Origin: Zootoca vivipara
Lineage: Eukaryota
Reading direction: 5' to 3'
Assembly: GCF_963506605.1 (NCBI RefSeq)
Contig: NC_083277.1
Span: 20,708,001-20,772,000, forward strand
Length of the DNA: 64,000 bases
This document shows, one piece after another, positions 36,107-48,328 of this stretch. Numbering within the stretch: position 1 is the first letter of the stretch; the number at the start of each line of letters is the position of its first letter. The notes under the pieces were generated by a model. The model saw nothing but the letters and a program-made list of their open reading frames with translations, did not search any database and had not been told where the DNA came from. The position numbers and the translations under genes are program-made.

Positions 36107-39086
36107 AAAGACAGCCCTATGTCAAGTGCATTACAGTGACCCAGGTTGGCTCTTCCTGGGGGGCAGAGCTGGTGCAGCTGAATAAGGAGCTCCTGACGAC
36201 AGCTGCCAAGTGTGCATCCAGTAGAAACGCAGGCTCCAGGAGCTCCTCCAAGCTGAAAACCTGTTGATGCCTACTGTGCTTATAGACTGGAGAGGAGATA
36301 AGGCAACCTGTTGAGATGGCTTGTGCTTTAGGAGGAAGGCAACTCTACCCAGGACAGGTTGTCTACATGCTTCCAAGTCTACTGGCTACACCCCTATCCC
36401 TATGGCCTGAACTTCAGTTTGATGCAGCACTGGAAAACTGAATCTGACCAGAGGGCTGGATCCAGGATTTATTTTTCATTTTTTAAATTTCACTTTTAAT
36501 TTGTATACCACCTTTCTATATTGCTATACATAAGGATTCCAATATCTCACAATTGTATTCATTTTACTTTCTTTGCATCTCCGCATGGTGTTCTGTACAC
36601 TTATGACTGTTCTCTACCTCCTGCTTCCAAAAGCCACTTTTCTGCAAAGTCATCTCTGAAGTACCACCCCTTTTCACACTGCCCGCTACCAGTTTACCCT
36701 CCCCAAACTTTCGCATCTGCCATTTACTTGCCTCATCTGGATGATAACCTTTCTTGGCAAAAAAAATGTACCTCTGTATAACTAATGGTACTAAATTCTA
36801 TGCAGAAGCAGTGACAGTGCATAACTCAGGTTCCCATGACCTTTTAAAGTGTCACCATCCCCTTGCTTCACAGCTGAAAAGCAAGCTGGTTGAATTAATA
36901 GCTGAATGGTGAAATGGAGAGATATGCCTGCCTATTGGCCAAGGTCTGAAAGATAAGCACACCAAAAGATATCACATTTTAACACATCAAATATTCCAAG
37001 CTCAGAAGGCAGGAAATTATTAACAAAGCAACTAATGCAGAGCCCAGCTTAGCCCCTAATATTATCTACAGTATTTAAAAGCACACTGGTCCTTAGGAGA
37101 TATTGGAATAGCTAAAGGCAGAATTCTATCTATACCGTTTTAAATTTGTTTGTTTGTTTGTTTGTCTCTTTACATTTGATTACTGCTAGCAACCATGACT
37201 AGAAGCATTCTCTAAAGAGCTCATCAGCAAAATGAGCAAATCACAGCTTTAGCAAGCTGCAACTTACATCTTCTGATCCTCACAATAAGTAAATCAGAAT
37301 TACTCATTAAGGTGCATAAAATAGGCCAGAATTAAATACTATACTTCTCTCAGACTGGTCTAGAGGAGTATACACTTAGATCCAGTCTCAGAGTTGGTTT
37401 ACATCCATTAAAAAAAATAACCCGTTTAGCTGCAGGAAAACACAGTCAAATATCAAACACAATCTGATTCTATGCATGTTTACTTGGAAATAAATATCAG
37501 CTATTTCAATTAGACTTACTCCCAGGGAAATGTCCTTATGATTGCTCCCAGAGACTCTCTAAACTCCATATTACTTCTTGGCTTCTGATCCCCAATAATC
37601 CTCTAGGCAACTTAACAAGTTCACAGGAGAACATAATGCACCCATCTGACTATAAAACCACAGCAGGGACTTTCCTATACAAGGCAGTAATATTCTATAT
37701 TTACCTAAATAAAAGCTAGTCCATCACACACACTTTAGAACCTGCACTTCTATTTTAATGATTCTTTTAAATTCACAGCTGTAAATTTGCCAGTAACTGT
37801 GAGAAATATAACTTTAAAATTCCAGAATGCAAAACATGGGGAGAAAAATCTCAGTTAACTCAAAACATTTCCCATCCCTTAATTTTATAGTATGTTAGGT
37901 AGGTATTGCAGTCACTCCAACACACATTTGATTTGCCCTGTCCTGAGCTCCGCCAGCATCCTTCAGCGCAAGAGAACGATGATCAAATGCTAAATGACCA
38001 CAAATTTGTTCAAGTGCCCCCAAAATGTGCCACAGCCAAATCCTTTATATCAGTCTTGCAAACAGTACTAAGGAAATAATCGATCCCCTTCCTCACTCCC
38101 ACTCATCCAAGTTCCTCCTCTTTTCCACCCCCATTATTACAACCACAATCAATCAATTCCCTACGGGGTTGTCATGGAGTACTTACCCAGTACTGTAAGT
38201 ACATGGAGTAATTACCCAGGTACTCCATGTGAGAAAGGTGGAGAGGGAAAAGTCCACACGCATACCCTATAATGACCTAAGAAAAGCCTTGGTGGATGAG
38301 GTCAAAAGGGTCATCTAGCCTAGCTTTGTTCTCCGCATGGCCAGCCAGGCATCTATGGGAAGCTCATAGGCAGCACAAAAGCACTCCACTGCCTGTGACC
38401 CCAGCAAATGGCATACTGCCTTCAATACGGGAGGCAGTGCACCACCATCATGCTTAGTAGCCACAAGTAGCCTCATCTTCCATAAATTTATCTAATCTCC
38501 CTTTAAAGCTTTCTAAGTTTCCATTTAGCTGGCGAGATTAATCTGGGGACTCTAGTATAATGAAAGAGGGGGAAAGACTACACATTGTGTCTGATTTGTA
38601 TACCTCTTTCCTAAAGCAGCCCCAAAGGTTGTATGTAACCTTTCATTATAGTAGAGTTGCTCCAGCCCCTTGATCTTGGTTGTCACCTTCTGAACTTTTC
38701 CCCAGCTCTACAATATTCTTTTTTAAAAGCACAGATCTGTTTCTCGCCTAGCCTTTGAGGAATGCTGTAACTCGTTCTGTTTAAAGGCAGACTCAGGGAA
38801 CAAATGCAGCCCTCCCCATCTGGTCCTCAAGACTCTCCCCAGGCAGAGGGAGAGCATGGCCTACTGTACAGACCTAACATTTACACTTGTTGTTCTGCCC
38901 ACTGCTAGTTCCCCACCCGTGGTTTAAGGCTAAAGAAATACACATAGGTAAGAACTACGCATAGGAGAACAGCATTACATCAAATGCATATGTTACTCTT
39001 TCTCTGTGGCAGTAGATATTTGTCAGAAAGCAGAAGAAAATGGATAATTTCTAGCTTTTAGTATCACTTGCAACCATTGGTTACGG

Positions 39087-39498
39087 CAGTGGTTTTCAAT
39101 CAGGGTGCTGTGGCACCCTGGGGTGCCTTGAATGATCGTCAGGGGTGCCGCAGGCAACACTGGCCTCCGTCCTTCTTTCCTTCCCTCCCTCCTCTGATAG
39201 CCTCTCGCATCTCTGCCTTTCAAAGGCTGGCGTGGCTGTTTTTTGCAGCAGCCTGGCTACACGGTCCCCAGACAAATGGTGCCTCTGGGGCTGGCCAAGG
39301 GTGAGGAGAGATGGGGAGGCTGAGGGAACACTCCACAAGGGGAATTGTTTGAAAATGGGTGAGGGGCTGCCAGCTCTAAGGGCAAGGGCTGATATAACTG
39401 GGCTTCTGAGGCTCAGAGCACATTTCCCCAGAGGGGAGCCACAGAAAGAATATAGGTGATCAAGGGAGCTGTGGAGTCTAAAAGGTTGAAAACCTCTG
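39087..39498. mobile_element. hAT-type non-autonomous element
   Basis: TIR CAG(T/A)GGTTTTCAA; TSD GGTTA(C/T)GG. Confidence 0.8.
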
Positions 39499-39513
39499 GG
39501 TTATGGTATAAAC

Positions 39514-39876
39514 CAGGGGTGTCCAACAGGTCAATCGCGATCAACTGGTAGATCCCCGGAAGGTTTTGGTCGATTGCGGTCGATCACTGGGTCACTTTCC
39601 TTATCGTTGGTAAAACAGAATCCTGCCCCGCCCCATTGCCCTGCATGATCTGCAGAACAGCAGACGGAGTATACTCCCTCAACAACTTCGCCCTGAACCC
39701 CCCCCCCAAAAAAAAGGCTGTCCTCCTCCCTTAAAAAAGCTCAACAAGTTTTTCCTGAACCCGTAAAAAATGGGGCTGTCCTCCTCCCTAAAAAAAGTTC
39801 AACAACTTTGACCTGAGCATTGCCAGTTTGTAATCCTGTGAGTAGATCGCAGTCTCTTGGAAGTTGGCCGCCCCTG
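39514..39876. mobile_element. hAT-type non-autonomous element
   Basis: TIR CAGGGG.G.CCAAC; perfect TSD GTATAAAC. Confidence 0.8.
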
Positions 39877-42800
39877 GTATAAACTAATGGAATATAAAGG
39901 GGAAACATGAGAGAAATTTCTATTCAGGCTTCATGCTGTCGTAGAATATTGATTTTCATTGTCAAGAGCATACAACAACTGCAATACTATACTGGAAATT
40001 TAATACACTACTAAAAAGGCCAACTTACACATGCTTTTCAGAGGCAGGCACTCTGAAAAGAATTAGAGCAATTGCCAGAGGAACTAGTCAACATGGAAAC
40101 ATTAAGTGGGAGGGTCAATAAGTATTTAACAATCCTCATTTGCTAGTAAAAAGAGTATTTGGATGCTTTCTCCCTTCAGAATCCAAGCCTCTTTCAGGCC
40201 TTTTGTTGGTGAATAAAATTCTGTTGTATAAAAAACTCATGCCACACTCTTTAGTTCATATAGTGCCCTGATCCTCGGAATGGTAAAACCCATACACAAC
40301 TACAGCAAACATATTGTCTTTGGGATGGTGTGGCAGGAACAGCCCCCATCCTCTTGGTCTGGACACTGTCACCTGCTGCTCTGCTTCCTAATCTGATCTG
40401 GGAGACAGGTACTGCCAAGGTGGGGTTGTTGTTTGTTGAGGCCAAGACAACCAGAACTGCCACTGCCTTTGGCAAGAGAGGATGGGGGCTCCATCAAGCC
40501 CTCCCATGTGAGGATTCCAGTGCCATTAAGTCAGCTGCTTGAGGAACCGTGTGCCATCCATATCTTTTGGCGTGGACACTGTCGCCTGCTCTGCTCCCAC
40601 ATCTGAGCTGGGTGGGGAAGAGTGCTTCCTGGGAAGGACTTCTCTTTATCAAGGGCAAGTCAGCTGGCATAGGCAAGAAGCTGCTGCTCTCCTGGACAAC
40701 CAGAATCTTCACAGACAGATCCATGTAAGTGCATTATAAGAACTTGTGCTTGAGTTTGCTTTCCCTTCTCTCTCCCATTCTTTTTTCCTCATATGCCATG
40801 TCTTTTTAGATTACAAGCCTTAGGGAAAGGATCATCTTATCATTGGTTAAGTCAGTTGCTCTAAGAACCTTTGTGGCTAAAGGGAAGTGAATAAATGTCT
40901 TAAATAAATAAAATAATTAATTGGTCAATTTCCAGGATTCTACAGATTTTGTAGATTCCACAGGATTCTACTAAAAATTACACCCAGTTTACTTTTGTTT
41001 TGGACCCAGAAGAGGGCAGAACAGGCTTATGTGCACTTCCCTGATGCACACAGGGGCCAGGAACACAACCCACACACAAATCAGGGGTTGCCTGTACCAG
41101 CATTCTCCAACCTGATGTAATACTAAACATCTGGAGGGCACCAGGTTAGAGAAGGATGCCCAATGCATTCACATCTGAATTCTGGGATCAGACACTCCCC
41201 CCTGCTCCAAATCAAGTCTCTTGTCCTGCAGCCTGTTTGTTTTCATTACTGTCAACAGTAGCCACTAGGAACTGATTAACTCTGTACTTGAGTCAGTTGT
41301 CTTAGGCAAACTGTAGTGTGACATGAATTGGACCAAGGAATTCTATTATCCACATGGGTAGCAGTAGTTTCATATCTGTTCCCAAACCTAAGTATGCCGG
41401 ATTAGGACATTAAGACTATTGCAATTATTTTGCTACAACAACTTGACTCGCATAGTGAAACAACTACAGAGAAACTTCATTTTTTGAAAGGTGACTGGTC
41501 CTTTGGATTTTTTGGCATAGCTCTGACATGCAAGATCAGCTCAATGTATCATGGAGAATGTATGAAATTTGTGTTGAGCACTTATCTACTACTGTATATG
41601 AAATGCCCAGTTTTAAAAGCAGATTATATAATGCCTTCAAGAGACAGAACTACCCATGAATGCTACAGATATCCAGAAATAATTTGCCACTATTACGAGC
41701 CTTAGCCCAAAACTACTTTAAGTAATATCCACACACAAGGGTAAATTTCAACCAGAAGCAAATAATTACATGACTCTTGAGCAGAAACAGCGAACCTGTG
41801 ACTCTCCAAATGTTGTTGGGACTTCAGCTCCCATCATTTCCAGCCAGCATAGCCAATGGCCAGGGATTATGGGAGTGGCAGACCAGTAACACCTGGAAAC
41901 CCACAGATTCTCTCCCCCCCCCACTGTAATATAACTCCTCAATAAATCAAGAGTATTCCTTTCAGAACAGGGACCACTTAACATAACAAAAGCAAAGCAG
42001 CCTGCTCAGTAGCAACCTATCCCTTAACCATCCAAGTCCCCAGCACATTTTGCAAATGTGGCTGGGACCACAGACTTAGTTGGTCTGTATGTCAGTTAAC
42101 TATGCTTTAGAAGCAAAGCTCACACATTTAAACCTGCCCAGGCAAAAGCTTCCAGTTAGAAGTGCCTTGTGTACTACATTGCAAATGCTACCTGTACATA
42201 CAAAATGTAAAAGTTTAATACATTTCCACACAGACCCCATCAACTCCTACTCTGTGGCGATACCCCTCCCCATCTTATGAACAGTTAAATGTAGACTGTA
42301 TGTCTTCTGCAATATACACATTTTGCTTCCTTCCAAGGGATATTATTTACAACCTGTACGCGGACTCACACACAGATGGCACTACTTAAACATCAGCCTA
42401 TCCCAGATGTTTTGGACACGCGTGGGTGACGGTAGGTTGAGGGAGGCCAACTTAAAGCGTTTAGCACCCACTTGCAGAAATACCTAACGCTAGAGCAGCC
42501 ACTCTGATGCGGAGGCAGGTACGGGGGGGGGCGGGTCATTTCGCATGCGAGTGGTGGTGCTGGGACAAAGAGGCAGCTCCGGCACCAATAACCTACAACG
42601 GACCTCTCCCACCACCACCCTCCCCGCCCGCCCCCGTTTCCCTTTCTTTAGGGAGGCTCAGGAAGTGCCCGAGCGCATAGCCTACATTCTTTGTATGAAG
42701 CTGGCAGGGCCAAGTGAGCTGGTCCCAAAGGCGGGGGTGGGAGAATGTTTCGCCCACATTTCCCCTCACCCACCCACTCTTCCCAATATTCCGCCTGTCT

Positions 42801-42899
42801 GTGGGAGTGGGGAGAGCGCCGGGACCCCCTCGCTGATTCCCGTGCACTCTGCACCCCTTGTGGGTCTAACGGGAAAGGACCCCCCCCCAAAACCCGCAC

Positions 42900-43500
42900 C
42901 CCTTGCGATCCAAGCTCTGAAACTCACCCTTAGCCCCCACCGCCCAAAGGAAGGCGGAACCTCTCCCCGCTCGCCCTCCCCTTCCATGTAAACAAGGCCC
43001 GGCTCATTTCCCCCCCCCCCGCTCCTCCTCCTCGGCTCTCACCCAGATTGCGTGTAGGGCGGCGTAGAGGCCGCGATTTCGGGGGAAGCAGCTCCCACAG
43101 CGGCAGCGAGCGAGGCGGGGGGACGCCGGAAGAGAGCCGGGAAGGGAGAGGGAAATGGGGAGGAGAAGCAAAAGAAAAAGAAGAAGGAAAATCACCTCCC
43201 CGCGGGCTCCTCCATTGGTAGCCGGGCCACTGTGGCCTGCGCACCGGAAGCCCCGGCCTCCGGCATGGCGTCACTTCCGCCGCCGGGAAAAGAAAGGGGG
43301 CGGGGAGGACGGCGCACTGGGGCGGAGCTGAGCGTCCGTGACGTAGGAGCGCCCTTCAGGGGATTTTAAAAAAACCTAAAGGCGGGAACGAGCCATTGTG
43401 CGTAGTCAGGAGGGGGGGTGTCCGTGGGCTGAACCATTAGCTTGGGTGGCTGAGGGGGAGGGCGCTTCCTTCACTCTCGCGCAATTTTTCCTCGTGATAA
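42900..43500 (-). promoter_or_regulatory. ARIH2: CpG island: ARIH2 promoter and probable non-coding exon 1 (candidate donor GG|GTGAGA, GT at 43042-43041)
   Basis: CpG-rich; ETS/CRE-like GCGGAAGTGACGC on the minus strand (~43268-43280); GC boxes at ~43297 and ~43319. Confidence 0.7.
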
Positions 43501-43603
43501 GTTGGTCTCATCCTCCACGAATTGCAAACATGGGAGAGCCACCGGTTCTGCAATTCCCACCGCTGCCACTTTCTCTTTTAGTGGATTTGTAAGCTGATTT
43601 GTA

Positions 43604-44027
43604 AGTGATGTATGGAAGTGAGAGCTGGACCATAAAGAAGGCTGATCGCCGAAGAATTGATGCTTTTGAATTATGATGCTAGAGGAGACTCTTGAGAGTC
43701 CCATGTACTGCAAGAAGATCAAACCTATCCATTCTGAAGGAAATCAGCCCTGAGTGCTCACTGGAAGGACAGATCCTGAAGCTGAGGCTCCAATACTTTG
43801 GCCACCTCATGAGAAGAGAAGAATCCTTGGAAAAGACCTTGATGTTGGGAAAGATGGAGGGCACTAGGAGAAGGGGACGACAGAGGACGAGACGGTTGGA
43901 CAGTGTTCTCGAAGCTACGAACATGAGTTTGACCAAACTGTGGGAGGCAGTGGGAGACAGGAGTGCCTGGCGTGCTATGGTCCATGGGGTCACGAAGAGT
44001 CAGACACGACTAGACTAAACAACAACA
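43604..44027 (+). mobile_element. BovB 3' fragment next to the ARIH2 CpG island
   Basis: RVPCTARRSNLSILKEISPECSLEGQILKLRLQYFGHLMRR; (CAA)n tail. Confidence 0.93.
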
Positions 44028-47000
44028 AGCTGCTCTGGGAGACTCTTGGCTGAAGAACAGGATTTTTAAATACATACATACCCTGAAATTTATGCATCTT
44101 TATTTGACTGGCATGGGAGGGGAATGGGTATGGCCAGCTCAATGGCTAAGGATCTGTTTCATGTGCAGAAGTTCCCAGGTAGGGCTAGAAGTACTACGTG
44201 TCTGAAATTCTGGAGAGCCACTGCCAGTCAGGGTAGACCACGGGCAGCCAACTTGGTGCCTTCCTCTCACTTGACTACAACACCCATTATCCCTGGCCAT
44301 TGGCTGGCTGGGATTTATGGGAGTTGTAGTCCAGCAACATCTGGAGCGCACACAACATTGGCTACCACTGGTTTATACGACGCTGAGCTAGATGGTCTGG
44401 CTTGGTATAAGGCGGCTTCCTATATTCTTAATGCCTGCAGATCAAGCTGCCTTTACTGGCACAAGAACAGGGGATGTTAGGGAAAGAAGTTGTCAACCCC
44501 TCTCCCAAGAATGTGGGCAAAGGACTATATCCTATGCCTGCCTCCCCCAGATCTCACCCTAGATACTTTCCCAGCAACCCAGAACATTATAGTACCCACA
44601 CTGTACTTCGAAAAGGTTTATAGTACCCACATTATAGTACCCACACTACATCGGAAAGGTTTTTTTTTTTTGATCCAGACTTGCTAACTGCCTTAAAGGC
44701 CCTTTGGGAATGTGCCCTGGGTGCAATAATAGGCAACATTCATTGGGAACAGAAGGCAGCCCTGTAACAGGGAGTTTTTAATGTTTGATGTTTTATTATT
44801 TTACCCAACAAACTATAGTTACACTTGTGTGCCTGCCTGGGCCTCCCTTCACTAATTAAGACAGTAGGATTTGCCCTGGAATCTTCTGCAGAAGATCCTC
44901 AGCTGACAAATCAATGAAAAGTTAGGAAGTTTGAAAGCTGCTATTTAAGACATCAGTTTGCATTAACCCTGAGCTGGTACAACAGCCTTGTTGCGGAGCT
45001 CTTGGCTACCTGAACTTTGCTTATCAAGCTTACTTTGAATTGTCACTCTTCTTCACATTTCATTGCCATTTGCACCCTTTCTTTTTCTCTCTCTACCATA
45101 GGTAGCAGGTGGCAGATCAGGATAAACTGGTAGCTCTCTGAGTGATTTGAAGTACTACCGGTATACATAAATGTAACCCCAGGCAGGTGACAGCAGAGAG
45201 GCTGCAGCGGCGACAGGGGTGCATTGCGAGAGCAAACTCCAGCAGGTGGCAGCAGAGAGGCTCCTGTGGCTCTGCAGTTCCAAGCCAAATGCGAATTGCT
45301 TGGAGCAAGTCTAAGGTGCTGTGGGTAGCCTGACACACCTCCCCTTCTAGATGTGATTTCAGCCACCGGTGATTTGGCCATTTGCCCTCTCAAGCATTCT
45401 GAAGAATATCTCAGCTCCTCAGTCTTCTCTCCTGTTTGCGAAGAGAATGGGAACCCTTCTCCCTGACTGCATCTGTCTCCTGAGGCCACTTGTGTTTGGG
45501 CAAAACCAGCATCTAGCCGTTACTGAGGGTGACTAGCTGGCAAGAAAGTACAGCCCAGGCAACCTTCTGTTCATCAACTTATTCCAACAGTTAGCCGTAA
45601 AACATAGGGTCAGATTCAACTAACTGGTTCCACTAGTGGAAGCCTGTGCAAGGACTTTTGCTAGGGCCGTGGGGCTTCTGCTCCCTCCTGATCTGCCCCA
45701 CAACCACCTCAGTGGCGGAGTCTGGAGACACCCCACCCCCAATCCTCCCAGAACAGCATGCGGGGGGGAAGGAGAGAGGCAGTCATTCCATCCATTAGCC
45801 AAGCAGCAATGCTCACACTGACCGAACAATCTCCATAGCGCTACATTAATTTTCTCCCCATAAAGCGTGATTCTATCCAACATGCAAATGCAGGCAGACC
45901 ACTGGGTTCGGATACCACGTTTCCTCTGCACTTCCTACTTCCGTCACTTGGGGGAGTGTATTATTATTTAATACAGTTTTAAATAAAAAGAGCCCCACTG
46001 GCTCGGGCTGGTACATGGGGTGGGAATTGGAAATTCCATGGGGGTCAATGTGGTAGAAATGGCAGGGGGTTGGCGAGCAGAGTGAGCAGGGACGCAGCCT
46101 GTCATTTTAATGTAAAGATAGAGGCAGTCATTTTTATCCTCCCCAAGAATGCATGTGAGCAGTGCTGTGTCGCTCTGTGCCAGGAATCTGGCTGGGCTTC
46201 TGAGAACAATGTGGGCATCAGGCGTAAATTTCTTTTTTTTCCCTTCTTCTTTCAGATCACTGATCCTTCTGGAGGATAAATTTTAGTTGCCGCCATCCCC
46301 AACTCCCAACTGCATATGCTGTAGAAATGTGGACACTTCATAATCATGGGACGGGCCCAGAAAATCCGCCAAGCTCCTTGTGGAATTCCACAGTTCAGTC
46401 TGTGGCAAGGCGGAGACTAAGAAGTCAATACTGTTAGGTTTTTCCTTTAAGACTGATGTGGTCAATGGTGCTACACAGAGATGTGTGTTTGTAGCCCTGA
46501 TCTGAATGATAGCACACCTGTGAGCTTTTGCTAATTTGAATAATTGAAGGTAGAGTTTGCTCACTGCAATGTGATTGGGTAATTGACTATTTTGAATTCT
46601 GTATTTAAGCTACCCAAATGGTTCATGGGTGTGGTGGTGATGGATTGTGAAATGAGAGGAATGGAGTGGAGGAGTGTGGTGTATATAATTGTAAATAAAA
46701 GCAAGCAAAGATACTGAAGACGACTTTGTTATTTCGTCGACCCTGCCGCTGTTGCCACTCGGTTGGTGCGTATTATTGCCCAACAAATACACCCCTCACT
46801 AAGGAATCAAGCAGATGGAGCATTCAAAGCCATTTTCTTACTCTTGAAAGAAAAGGGGCCTCAAATGGACACTGTGGGTGTCTGCCCCGGTTTCCTCCCA
46901 TTCGCTTATTTGCTTTGCCTTATAATATTTGGAAGCTGGGGCGATTGGCCTGGCCTCCCACAACTTCTGACAAAGCTTGGCATTTCTATGTTCAGAATGA

Positions 47001-47758
47001 TTTCTTCCTTTTTGCAATTGTAACCTGCAGTAAGGCCAGGAGTGAGAGGGGTCCTGGTGAATCAGATCAAAGACCCACCAAGGCTAACGAGACTCTTGCA
47101 CCTTTTAATGGGTGCAAGAAGAAGGAATCTCAGCAGAAGAACAAAAACAAACACAAACCCTTAACTATACAGTACCAAAAAAAAACCTGAAAGATATTTA
47201 TCTTTAAATAATAATAATAATAATAATAAGCTTTTAAGAAACAAACTATAAGACTCCAGAGTCTCTGTCCTCTTTTGCATCTAATCACTCTGTTCAAAGA
47301 GTGGTGTTTTGAAAATATTTCTTGGTTGCCTTTCAATTGCAGTAGTCTACTAAACAGGTAGAAAAAGCCACCATTAGTAAGAAGCTCAACTTGGTGCTTG
47401 GAAAGGGGCTGTTTCCCCCCGACTTGTAGGGACACCATTTTAGGCTGTGAGTTGCAACAGCATCAGCTGTTTGGAAGAGCATTTCCTGGAAATCCACCCA
47501 AAGTGGAGAACGCAGAAGGGGCCTTGCCCACCACACGTAGATTCCTCCTGCTGCTACCAGCTCCCAATGTGACTGGGACGAGATAAATTTTAGAACAGTT
47601 AGTGGCGAGCCCTACAGCTGCTCATCTTGTTTTTGGAAGCAAGGCTTAAAGAGTATTGTGTTTCTTCCTGCGTTTTTCAACGGGGCAGGGGGGATAAAAT
47701 AAATAATTTCTAAGAATGTACAAAGTGCTTTTCTCTGACTGTTGAACAACACATCTCT

Positions 47759-48230
47759 CTGAAGAAGTGTGCATGCACACGAAAGCTCATACCAATGACA
47801 AACTTAGTTGGTCTCTAAGGTGCTACTGTGGGGACGCGGGTGGCGCTGTGGGTTAAACCACAGAGCCTAGGGCTTGCCGATCAGAAGGTCGGCGGTTCGA
47901 ATCCCCGCGATGGGGTGAGCTCCTGTTGCTCAGTCCCAGCTCCTGCCACCGTAGCACTTCGAAAGCATGTCAAAGTACAAGTAGATAAATAGGTACCGCT
48001 CCAAGCGGGAAGGTAAACGGTGTTTCCGTGTGCTGCTCTGGTTCACCAGAAACAGCTTTGTCATGTTGGCCACATGACCTGGAAGCTGTACGCCAGCTCC
48101 CTCGGCCAGTAAAGCGAGATGAGCGCCGCAACCTAAGAGTCGTCTGCGACTGGACCTAATGGTCAGGGGTCCCTTTACCTTTTAAGGTGCTACTGGAAGA
48201 AAAAAATGTGGTTTTTTTAAAATTTGTTTT
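47759..48230 (+). mobile_element. Penelope-like element terminal fragment with a hammerhead-ribozyme core, interrupted by a Sauria SINE
   Basis: CTGAAGA-A-GTGTGCATGCACAC-GAAA-GC-TC; flanked by a 14-bp duplication AACACATCTCTCTG (47748 and 48231). Confidence 0.65.
47829..48182 (+). mobile_element. Sauria SINE
   Basis: Same family as 27885-28220; TSD TAAGGTGCTACTG. Confidence 0.92.
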
Positions 48231-48328
48231 AACACATCTCTCTGTGTGAGTTATTGAGGCACAGAACCTCCAGGTCTAAGTTTGTGGCTTTCAGCTTGAG
48301 GTCTGGCATTTCTCTTGTTATAAAGCGA

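Noticed and set aside
42545-43274. Pro/Gly-rich ORFs at the ARIH2 island as an ARIH2OS-like protein
   Set aside because: Stop-codon scarcity in GC-rich DNA explains them; no recognisable homology.
44583-44648. Three copies of TTATAGTACCCACA
   Set aside because: A small local slippage duplication with no evidence of function.
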